In this document: piece by piece, positions 39,801-47,116 of the stretch | Numbering within the stretch: position 1 is the stretch's first letter | Layout: each line of letters starts with the position of its first letter | Sequence record: DRR723986_20427 | Direction: 5' to 3' (one strand) | DNA: 47,116 nt | Program-made: the position numbers and the translations under genes | The notes under the pieces: model-generated | What the model was told of the DNA's origin: nothing | What the model saw: only the letters and a program-made list of their open reading frames with translations | Database searches by the model: none

Positions 39801-40408
39801 ATGATAATATATCAGCTAAGGGGAAAGACATGTTTGATCGCATGCAAAATGCAGCACAAAGAATGCAGACACTCATTCAGGATTTATTGGTTTACTCTCG
39901 TACTAATACTCAGGAAAGGGTTTTTGAAGAGGTAAGTTTTAGCTCCATCATTAATGAAATAATTGATAATCAGAAGGAAGAACTTCAATATAAAGAAGCA
40001 ACGTTAGATGTTAATGCTGCTTGCCGAATTCGAGTGATTCCTTTTCAATTCAAGCAACTGCTGATGAATTTGACTAGTAATGCATTGAAATTTTCAGATC
40101 CATCCCGAAAGGTTCTTATTGGAATTAAGTGTCAATTAATTTCAGGGGAAAATGCCGGAGTTGCCAAACTCGACCCAGAACAAATGTATAACTGGATATC
40201 ATTTTCCGACAACGGAATTGGTTTTGACCCAAGTTATAGCGAGAAAATATTTGAAGTATTTCAGCGCCTTCATGGTAAGGCTGAATATGCTGGAACTGGA
40301 ATAGGGTTAGCTATAGTCAAGAAAATCGTTGACAATCACAATGGCTTTATCCAAGCCACAGGGGAATTAGGTAAAGGAGCTACATTTGACATCTACATTC
40401 CAGCTTGA
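36821..40408 (+). CDS. Cytoplasmic multi-PAS sensor histidine kinase
   Basis: About 7 PAS/PAC repeats; H-box SHDLQEPLRKI; N box NLTSNALKF; DNGIGF and GTGIGLAIV motifs; no TM segment or receiver domain. Confidence 0.92.
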   Translation: MSTPTSRWNFFSKNNTLGEHYKNIDWKASPLGDVAEWPVSLLTTISMIMEHPLPMCIFWGDDFVKLYNDNYAEILGDTSHASLLGKSAKESDREKWAKRSGIFNKVMEGNSVQLADSMIATSGGVVSNKFYDFNYSPIRDLKGNIGGVLCTAVEITDKKIVEEKLIESKDQLHFAIDAAGLGTWDYNPANNTFTGNEKLKSWFGLAPEEEINLEQALSAIVPEDKSRVTQAIQNALLYESGGNYNIEYAIINPNSGERRIVHAKGKAWFTDEKIGYRLNGTLEDVTQQVQARKAIEESEQSIRSIVANAPFPIGVYEGKDLIITLANQSILDVWGKGNDVIGKSYKTILPELENQEIFDQVYGVFSTGIPFHAKNQKVDIMIEGVLLPFYFNYSFTPLYNTAGEIYGVMNTAAEVTDIHLAKQKIEESEKRFKNSVKQAPLGITILRGDDYTVEMANENYLLLVDKSEEEFIGKPLFETLPEVQEVIEDIFLEIKRTGKPFFGNEFPVTLNRYGKHESTYFNFVYHPLKEQGGEISAIMVVATEVTATVKAKHLLQESEKHFRSMVMQSPIPMTILRGENHIIDSANKVMFESVWRRKPADVIGIPIIDAFPELEAQKYPELLKKVYTSGKAHSEKESIAIIAGDNGVQKFYFDFEYAPLYDTEGKVWGIMITVNDVTDKVEARLKVEENEERLNIVISASGLGVWEFNLKTEESIISNRCYEIMGVSGLEKVSNAQLMEKFHPDDLETVKLAYEKAYKTGSLLYESRVLRDDSERCWIEVRGKVFFDQNNEPERIVGTIRDITEEKNFHKLLLEREEKFRLLADSMPQIIWTSDRDGKVNYFNQAVYIFTGLSADELISDGWAQMVHPDDRKKNIEKWAQSISSGKDYHFEHRFRKADGTYRWQLSRAIPQRDDQGNIKMWVGSSTDIQDQKLFANELEKQVKDRTKELQFKNIELEKMNKELQSFAYISSHDLQEPLRKIQTFTSLLLDDEYDNISAKGKDMFDRMQNAAQRMQTLIQDLLVYSRTNTQERVFEEVSFSSIINEIIDNQKEELQYKEATLDVNAACRIRVIPFQFKQLLMNLTSNALKFSDPSRKVLIGIKCQLISGENAGVAKLDPEQMYNWISFSDNGIGFDPSYSEKIFEVFQRLHGKAEYAGTGIGLAIVKKIVDNHNGFIQATGELGKGATFDIYIPA

Positions 40409-40446
40409 TTGTATAATTTTCCTAATCCGGGCAAAAATCATAGTAA

Positions 40447-40478
40447 CAAAAATGGGGCACAATAAATGCCCCATTTTG
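40447..40478. terminator. Bidirectional terminator between kinase and susD
   Basis: AAAATGGGGCA-caataaa-TGCCCCATTTT between convergent genes. Confidence 0.75.
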
Positions 40479-40497
40479 ATTTGATACTTAGGCGTTT

Positions 40498-41961
40498 TTA
40501 ATATCCTGGATTCTGGTCACTTTGATCCATGGCCTCATTAAAATTCAGTTCTTCCAAAGGAATCGGCCATAAGTAATGCCTCTCCGAAATAGATATCCCC
40601 TTATTTTTCATCACAAATTCCTCAGCTCTCCCGGTCCTCTTCAGATCCAACCAGCGCTTGCCTTCAAACTGTGTTTCGTAGGCTTTTTCCTGAAGTATAA
40701 GATCCAGAAAATTCTCCGCACTCAATTTCTCCATTTGAAAATCTAGATCTGACGCTGCCATAGGATCTAAGCCAAAAGCTCTTCGATGAACCTGATTGAC
40801 TGCTTCCAGATTGTCCTCATTCAACCCATCTATCCTTGCCGAAGCTTCTGCATAGATCAATAGCAACTCTGAATAACGATAAATAGGAATATCATTCCCT
40901 GCACCGGAATTATCCACCGCTTGGGGCTCTGCATACTTGCCATTTACTATCGTGGAATCGCCTAATCCAAAGTCCACAAACTGCCACAGATCCTTTCTTA
41001 TGTCTCCGTCCTCCCATTCTTTGTAAAAGGGATTACTTGCATCTCCATAATGCGCATAGGCTCCTCCAAAATTATAAAGTCCAGTACTAGGATGATTAAG
41101 AATCCATGGAAGCCCATTACCCTGACCTGATTGTCTGGCAAACTTGAACGAGAAAATCTCCTCGCTGGAAGTGATCAAAGTAGCTCCGAAAATCTTCTCT
41201 CGTAAATCCACCACCGTATCAATTTCCACCAATCTAAACACCTCTGATTCCATAACTTCCTCAGCTTTCAGTTTAGCCATAGCAAAATCCTCTAATTGTA
41301 GATAAACATCAGCCAAAAGTGTCTTAGCGGCCCATTGAGTAGGTCTTCCAGGTTCGGCTGCAGAGGCAGGAAGGTGCATTTCAGCATCAGCTAGGTCAGC
41401 TAGGATTAAGTCATAAACTTCCTCAGGGCTGTTTTTTGGCACATTCTTTTCTTCTATGTTTTGATCAGTACGAAGTGGAATCCCACCCCAATTTCTCACC
41501 AAGTCGAAGTAGGTAAGCGCTCTTAGGAACTTAGCCTCTGCGGTAAATTGACTTACTTCATCTGCTGTCAGTTCCTCACTAAGTGGCGCTTTCTGTATGA
41601 CAATATTCGCATTGCGGATTCCTTGATAAAAACTGTTCCATCGAGCCGCCGCCGCATTGATATTAGTAGGATTAAACCCATCAAAATCATTGTATTGGGC
41701 GCGGCTTCCCCGTCCATATCCCCAGTCTGTATGTGCGCTGAGTACTGCAATCTGCTCCGATCTCACCATCCGTAGGGGAAAATAAATCGCATTAGTCGCT
41801 GCATTGAAATCAGACACACTTTGATAGAAATTCTCCGAAACGATTGTTTTGGGCTCTTCCTCTAACATATCGCTGCAGGAACTGACAAACCCTCCCAAAG
41901 CTAGAAATCCAACTAGGAGTAATTTTGAGTTCAATATTCTCTGTTTTATTAATGTTTTCAT
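40498..41961 (-). CDS. susD: RagB/SusD family lipoprotein
   Basis: Lipobox VSSC; EAKFLRALTYFDLVRNWGGIPL, FEGKRWLDLKR and QNPGY motifs. Confidence 0.92.
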   Translation of the reverse strand: MKTLIKQRILNSKLLLVGFLALGGFVSSCSDMLEEEPKTIVSENFYQSVSDFNAATNAIYFPLRMVRSEQIAVLSAHTDWGYGRGSRAQYNDFDGFNPTNINAAAARWNSFYQGIRNANIVIQKAPLSEELTADEVSQFTAEAKFLRALTYFDLVRNWGGIPLRTDQNIEEKNVPKNSPEEVYDLILADLADAEMHLPASAAEPGRPTQWAAKTLLADVYLQLEDFAMAKLKAEEVMESEVFRLVEIDTVVDLREKIFGATLITSSEEIFSFKFARQSGQGNGLPWILNHPSTGLYNFGGAYAHYGDASNPFYKEWEDGDIRKDLWQFVDFGLGDSTIVNGKYAEPQAVDNSGAGNDIPIYRYSELLLIYAEASARIDGLNEDNLEAVNQVHRRAFGLDPMAASDLDFQMEKLSAENFLDLILQEKAYETQFEGKRWLDLKRTGRAEEFVMKNKGISISERHYLWPIPLEELNFNEAMDQSDQNPGY

Positions 41962-41979
41962 GACTTGTTGGGTTGAGGT

Positions 41980-44900
41980 TTAAAAAGTTGCGTTGAGACC
42001 AATTGTGTAAGATTTCGGAATCGGGTAGCTGAAGTGATCTATCCCTTGATTATTATCACTCCCTTTGCTATTTACCTCAGGATCCCACCAAGAGTAATCT
42101 GTGAAAGTCAACAAGTTTTGCCCACTTGCATAAATCCGTAGGCTTTGCAGGAATTTACCACTTGAATTTTTTAAAGGAAAATTATACGCCAAAAGCACAT
42201 TTTTCAACCGCAAATAAGAGCCATCCTCTACGAACCGATCTGACACACGCGCTGTAGAACTTCTACTGATTTTCGGATACTTGGCATGGATGTTTTGAGG
42301 AGTCCAGTGATCTAGAAGAACTTCTTCCGGCATATTCAGTCCCTGCCCATAATCCATTGTACTGGATATCGCGCTGACATTCATGATGTCATTTCCCTGA
42401 CTACCTTGGAAGAAAAGATCAAGCTGAAAGCCTTTGAAGCTCATATTCGAATTGAACCCGTAGAAGAAGTCAGGGTTAGGATTGCCTATGTAGGTTTTGT
42501 CATCTTCAGAGATTTCACCATCATTATTTCTATCCACATATTTAATAGCGCCTGTTTCGGTGTACCCATCTTCCTGATATCCCCAAAACTGTCCCAAAGG
42601 CTTTCCTTCTTCCATAATGGAGAAGTTATCCGAAACGGTAATCACATTAATGAAATTGGTCAGAATGGGCTGCCCATCATTTAGGCTTAGAACTTTGTTG
42701 CGATTGAAGGAGATATTTCCATCCAGACTCCAGCGGAATTCATTTGAGAATAGTTGAGCGAAAAGACTTAGCTCCACACCTCTATTTTCTATAGAACCCA
42801 CATTAGCTATCGTAGTGGTGTATCCAAAAGAACTTGGAAGGCGAACAGTGCTTAACAAATCATCGGTAGTCTTTATATAGTAATCTGCACCTACTACGAT
42901 GCGATCTTGCCAAAGGCCTAAATCCAATCCTAAATCAAACTGCTCCGTTGTTTCCCATTTCAAATCTCCAGGAAGTGTGGACCCCGGAGCAAGGAAATTA
43001 TACAATTCATCGCCGAAAATGGTATAGCCAGGAAAAAGTCTATTTAGTGTAGCATATGGATTAATAGCCTGAGAACCTGTAAGCCCCCAGCTTGACCGGA
43101 TTTTCAAGGTAGAGATAGCTTCCTGAGTCTTCATAAATTCTTCTTCGGATAATTTCCAAGCGATGGCTCCTGAAGGGAAATACCCCCACTTATTGCCCTC
43201 ACTGTATCTTGAGGAGCCATCAGCCCGGAAAGATGCTGTAAATAGATATTTGCTATCAAATCCATAATTCACCCTTCCCAGATAGGAAAGTAAAACTGAA
43301 TTTGCATAACCCGACGTAGGAATTCCAGGCGTCTCAGCTGCTCCCAGATTATCAGTTTCATAAAGATCACTTAAGAACCCTGCTCCACTTCCTGCCAGAT
43401 ATTTAGTGGTGAAATCCTGAAAGGTAAATCCCGCCAATACATTTAAATCGTGTTTCTCGTTGAAAACATCTGCATATGTGATTGTATTTTCGTTAAGTCG
43501 GCTTACATACTGGCTAGTAGTTACACTTGCATTTCCATTACTATTGATAAAATCTCTACTTCTGTAATTGTCGGTTCTGTCATCACGGTTCTCTATACCA
43601 CCGGATATTTTGATCGTAATCTCCGGGATTGGATTATAGCTAATCGCTGTATTGGCAAGGATTACATTTGCAGTAATTACAGTTGATTGCTCGTTGATAA
43701 AGTAAAATGGATTCACCAAATCCGGAGAAACGAAAGGAAAATCATCCGCTAAATTATTGATGGTGCCTTCCGCTGTAAATGGATCAGAAAGTGGTGAAGC
43801 AACCAATGCTGCTCCTATCATGCTTGCTCCTCTTGCTCCCCCCTCACTATCTCTCCTGGCGGTCACCAGCTTACTCAGTGTACTGTTGAAATCCACCTTG
43901 AATTTGTCACTGATCTTATGATTGATAGTTGATCGAATCGAATAACGGTCGTAATCAGATCCTTTGATAATCCCATCTTGCTGGTAGATGCTTCCCCCTA
44001 CTAAAAACTGGGTGCTTTCCCCTCCACCTGAAATGCTCAGAGAAGTGTTTTTGATAGGAGCTTGCTGAAAAATTTCATCCTGCCAATCAGTCCCTTCTCC
44101 AAAGCTATTGACTTCAGCATCTGTAAAATAAGGCTCTAATCCATCATTTCTAGCCTGGATATTCATCAATTCTGCGTATTGACTTCCATCCATCAAATCA
44201 AGTTTTTTCCTCAATGACTGCATACTATATGCGGCATCAAACTCTACAACAGTTCCGGCACCACTACCATTTTTGGTAGTGATTAGCACTACGCCATTTG
44301 CACCTCTAGAACCGTAAATAGCTGTAGCAGAAGCGTCTTTTAATATTTCTATACTTGCAATGTCCGAGTTATTCAGGTTGGTAGGATTGCCCGAGAATGG
44401 AAAACCATCAATAACGTATAGTGGATCGTTGTCTCCTTGGATTGAATTGGCACCACGGATTCTAACAGAAACTCCACCCCCAGGTGCACCATTATTCTGG
44501 ATAACCTGAACTCCGGGTGCGCGTCCGTTCAGCGACTGGATTACATTAGATGTGGGAAAAGCATTTAACTCATCTGAGTTTACCTGAGCCACTGAACCAG
44601 TAAGATCAGCCCTTCTAGCAGAGCCGTAGCCTATCACCACTATTTCGTCAAGTTCTTGATCATCTGTACTGAGGCTGACATCAATTATAGTCTTATTGCC
44701 GACTACAATTTCTTTTGTCTCGAAACCTAAAAAAGAAAATACCAGCACGGCGTCAGTTTGATCGGCTGGTATTTCAATAGAGTACTTTCCAGAGTCATCA
44801 GAAATTCCTCCGGTCTGAGTTCCTTTAAGTAGGACAGTTGTTCCTGGCAAAGAATTACCTTCCCCATCAGTCACAATTCCTGTAATTGTCGATTTCTGGG

Positions 44901-45039
44901 TTGAAGGCGGGGGAATAGTATCTCTCAGCGGAACAGTATCCTGGAGATAAAGTGGCGAATTGTTTCCTGCTTGTGATTCTTCTGAGTTAAACCCAAAGAA
45001 AATCAAAGCCAGAAAAATTGGGGTTGAAAGCTTTGTCAT
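41980..45039 (-). CDS. susC: SusC/RagA TonB-dependent transporter
   Basis: EIVVIGYG; LKDASATAIYGSRGANGVVLITTK; LKWETT; C-terminal Phe; ATG at 45039 preferred. Confidence 0.95.
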   Translation of the reverse strand: MTKLSTPIFLALIFFGFNSEESQAGNNSPLYLQDTVPLRDTIPPPSTQKSTITGIVTDGEGNSLPGTTVLLKGTQTGGISDDSGKYSIEIPADQTDAVLVFSFLGFETKEIVVGNKTIIDVSLSTDDQELDEIVVIGYGSARRADLTGSVAQVNSDELNAFPTSNVIQSLNGRAPGVQVIQNNGAPGGGVSVRIRGANSIQGDNDPLYVIDGFPFSGNPTNLNNSDIASIEILKDASATAIYGSRGANGVVLITTKNGSGAGTVVEFDAAYSMQSLRKKLDLMDGSQYAELMNIQARNDGLEPYFTDAEVNSFGEGTDWQDEIFQQAPIKNTSLSISGGGESTQFLVGGSIYQQDGIIKGSDYDRYSIRSTINHKISDKFKVDFNSTLSKLVTARRDSEGGARGASMIGAALVASPLSDPFTAEGTINNLADDFPFVSPDLVNPFYFINEQSTVITANVILANTAISYNPIPEITIKISGGIENRDDRTDNYRSRDFINSNGNASVTTSQYVSRLNENTITYADVFNEKHDLNVLAGFTFQDFTTKYLAGSGAGFLSDLYETDNLGAAETPGIPTSGYANSVLLSYLGRVNYGFDSKYLFTASFRADGSSRYSEGNKWGYFPSGAIAWKLSEEEFMKTQEAISTLKIRSSWGLTGSQAINPYATLNRLFPGYTIFGDELYNFLAPGSTLPGDLKWETTEQFDLGLDLGLWQDRIVVGADYYIKTTDDLLSTVRLPSSFGYTTTIANVGSIENRGVELSLFAQLFSNEFRWSLDGNISFNRNKVLSLNDGQPILTNFINVITVSDNFSIMEEGKPLGQFWGYQEDGYTETGAIKYVDRNNDGEISEDDKTYIGNPNPDFFYGFNSNMSFKGFQLDLFFQGSQGNDIMNVSAISSTMDYGQGLNMPEEVLLDHWTPQNIHAKYPKISRSSTARVSDRFVEDGSYLRLKNVLLAYNFPLKNSSGKFLQSLRIYASGQNLLTFTDYSWWDPEVNSKGSDNNQGIDHFSYPIPKSYTIGLNATF

Positions 45040-45088
45040 AGTTGGTTGGTCGAAATGAAACAATTGTGGCTCTTCGTTTCAGCATCAA

Positions 45089-45106
45089 AACCAACTACTA
45101 TTCCAG
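45089..45106 (-). promoter_or_regulatory. sigma54-like promoter of susC/D
   Basis: CTGGAATAGTAGTTGGTT, GG-N10-GG. Confidence 0.55.
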
Positions 45107-45284
45107 TAAACTAATTTATAGCTCAATAGACCCTAATAGCCCTTAAATAATCGATTTACCGGCGTATAGAGTAGACATACCCGTGATACCAATTGACTTT
45201 TTAAGCTAATTTATCATCACTGTGAGGCGTAAGAACCTCATTATGTCCCTATTAAATTTCACAACCCAACTTTCCTATAACGCA

Positions 45285-46133
45285 CTATCCACCAACTACT
45301 TCCCCACCGTTGACGTGAATGAATTGTCCTGTGATATAAGAACTATCTTCACTGGCCAGAAACACATAAGCCGGAGCTACCTCGCTTGGTTGCCCTGCTC
45401 TTCCCAGTGCTGTGTCCTGACCAAACTTGGTAACATCGTCAAAAGTCGCGGGAATTAAGGGAGTCCAGATAGGACCAGGAGCCACTCCGTTTACACGGAT
45501 TTTATCCTTAGCCAGCATTAATGCCAATGAGCGTGTAAATCCCACAATGGCACCTTTAGTACTTGCGTAATCTACCAAATGCTCACTGCCCCGATAAGTG
45601 GTAACTGAGCTCGTGTTGATGATCGTATCCCCCGCTTTGAAATGAGGAATTGCCATTTTGGCTAAATGGAAAAACGAGAAAATATTAGTCTCGAAGGTTT
45701 CTGTTAGTTGCTTTGTCGTGATGGAAGTCAACTCGTTTTTCGGGAATTGTACTGCGGCATTATTTACCAAGATATTAATCCCCCCGAGTTCCTTCACACA
45801 TTGGTTCAGCGCTTTCTTACAAAAGCTCTCAGACTTAAGATCTCCTTCGATCAAAAGGCATTTTCTTCCTTCCTTCTCTACCAATTCCTTGGTATCCTTT
45901 GCATCCTTCACCTCGCTGAGATAGATTATCGCCACATCCGCTCCTTCTCGTGCGAAGTGGACGGCCACACTTTTCCCTATCCCACTATCTCCGCCAGTGA
46001 TTAAAGCAATTTTGTTTTTCAATTTTCCGCTACCCTTATACCCTTTTCTTATTACTTCAGGCTCTGGTTTCATTTTGGTCTGCTGTCCCGGCAGAGATTG
46101 TTTTTGATCTTTAAATTCAGTTGGTTTTTTCAT
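45285..46133 (-). CDS. SDR oxidoreductase (YhdF/YdaD general-stress-like)
   Basis: YKGSGKL, TGGDSGIG, LVNNAA, DYASTKGA and APGPIWTP motifs. Confidence 0.9.
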   Translation of the reverse strand: MKKPTEFKDQKQSLPGQQTKMKPEPEVIRKGYKGSGKLKNKIALITGGDSGIGKSVAVHFAREGADVAIIYLSEVKDAKDTKELVEKEGRKCLLIEGDLKSESFCKKALNQCVKELGGINILVNNAAVQFPKNELTSITTKQLTETFETNIFSFFHLAKMAIPHFKAGDTIINTSSVTTYRGSEHLVDYASTKGAIVGFTRSLALMLAKDKIRVNGVAPGPIWTPLIPATFDDVTKFGQDTALGRAGQPSEVAPAYVFLASEDSSYITGQFIHVNGGEVVGG

Positions 46134-46166
46134 GGTTGTAGTGGTTTAGACTGTTTGAGTATTTGA

Positions 46167-46415
46167 TCAGGAATTTCTTAAAGAAGCAATCAATTCCTTC
46201 TTGGTCATTTTACTTCTTCCCGCTATGCCTACTTCTTTGGCTTTATCATAAAGCTCCTGTTTGCTCCTCTCTTCATATTCTTTGGCTTTGCCACCTTTTT
46301 TGCCCGATTTGGGAGTATTTGCGATTCGAGCCGCTTTTGTTTTACTCATTCCTTCATCCCGAAGAGCTTCATATTTTTCATCATTCTTGATGCTTGGGCC
46401 ATGGTTTTTAGTCAT
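46167..46415 (-). CDS. Small basic protein with Rho N-terminal-like domain
   Basis: GPSIK...YEALR.EGMSK.KAARIAN; ELYDKAKEVGIAGRSKMTKKELI. Confidence 0.8.
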   Translation of the reverse strand: MTKNHGPSIKNDEKYEALRDEGMSKTKAARIANTPKSGKKGGKAKEYEERSKQELYDKAKEVGIAGRSKMTKKELIASLRNS

Positions 46416-46517
46416 GATTTCTATGGTTTAAGGTTAAATAATGAGGTTTTTAGAACTCAGAAAATCAGTGATCTAACAATTAAGATCACCTGTTAATCGA
46501 GTTATCACATTACTGTA

Positions 46518-46535
46518 AACCATAAAAAATGCCGA
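46518..46535 (-). promoter_or_regulatory. sigma54-like promoter
   Basis: TCGGCATTTTTTATGGTT, GG-N10-GG. Confidence 0.5.
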
Positions 46536-46568
46536 AATACCTGAAGCCAGTTCTAAAAAAATCTGGAT

Positions 46569-46586
46569 TTGGCAATCCAATTGATA
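46569..46586 (+). promoter_or_regulatory. sigma54-like promoter of mscL
   Basis: TTGGCAATCCAATTGATA, GG-N10-GA. Confidence 0.65.
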
Positions 46587-46618
46587 AAACATTTACCAAA
46601 GGCTTTTAAAGAATAATT

Positions 46619-47080
46619 ATGAAAATTAAGTTGATTCAAGAGTTCAAGGAATTTGCTGTGAAAGGAAATATGATCGATATCGCCATCGGGGTGATTATTG
46701 GTGCAGCTTTCAATAAAGTGGTGGATGTATTGGTGAAGGAGATATTTTTACCACCTCTGTCTTTCCTGACAAATGGGATAAACTGGGAAAACAAGAAAAT
46801 AATCCTTCGAGAAGCAGTGACTATCGATGGCATCACCCATCCAGAGGAAATTGCGATCGGCTACGGTAAACTACTTGAAGCGAGTGTAGACTTTTTAATT
46901 ATTGGGTTTACAGTTTTCCTTGTCGTGAAACTTATGAATTCTATTCGTAAAAAGGCTGAAGACCCGAAAAACGACACAGTAACAACTCCTAAAAATATTG
47001 AATTGCTAAGTAGAATGGCCGAATTGATGGAAAAGCAAGTGTCGCTTCTGGAAGCAAAAAATACAAAAAGCTCTGAGTAG
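46619..47080 (+). CDS. mscL: Large-conductance mechanosensitive channel
   Basis: EFKEFAVKGNMIDIAIGVIIGAAF; IGYGKLL...FLII.F.VFLVVKLMN. Confidence 0.93.
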   Translation: MKIKLIQEFKEFAVKGNMIDIAIGVIIGAAFNKVVDVLVKEIFLPPLSFLTNGINWENKKIILREAVTIDGITHPEEIAIGYGKLLEASVDFLIIGFTVFLVVKLMNSIRKKAEDPKNDTVTTPKNIELLSRMAELMEKQVSLLEAKNTKSSE

Positions 47081-47098
47081 CATTAAATTAAAACAGGC

Positions 47099-47116
47099 CT
47101 CAAATTATAATTTGAG
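47099..47116 (+). terminator. Hairpin after mscL, cut by window edge
   Basis: CTCAAATT-at-AATTTGAG. Confidence 0.45.

Noticed and set aside
1-47116. CRISPR arrays, tRNA/rRNA, IS elements, prophage or defence genes
   Set aside because: No repeat-spacer pattern, RNA gene signature, transposase, integrase or phage gene recognised

Overview
Bacteroidota chromosomal window, by inference Cyclobacteriaceae/Algoriphagus-like (AT-rich, SusC/SusD pairs, TAnnTTTG promoters). It has three blocks. (1) 0.1-16.6 kb: a ROK-regulated SusC/SusD locus with no recognisable glycoside hydrolase. It carries an ASPIC/UnbV-VCBS protein, a vanadium haloperoxidase-like enzyme, a sulfatase, an FAD oxidoreductase, a ROK kinase and a cupin, followed by a decayed susD relic. 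(2) 16.8-25.5 kb: housekeeping and metabolic genes (type III glutamine synthetase, mtaB, DUF805, branching enzyme, YdeI-like, GMC oxidoreductase). (3) 25.7-47.1 kb: a general-stress-like island (Ku-LigD, DAG-kinase family, SurE, PQQ sugar dehydrogenase, M23 peptidase, degenerate GH-like protein, multi-PAS kinase, orphan SusC/D, SDR, MscL, small hydrophilic proteins). Main observation: nine transcription units in block 3 are each preceded, on the correct strand, by a sigma54-like element with exact GG-N10-G(C/A/G) spacing. This suggests an RpoN-type stress regulon that includes NHEJ. No rRNA, tRNA, CRISPR or transposase was seen. All calls were made by eye without database searches.
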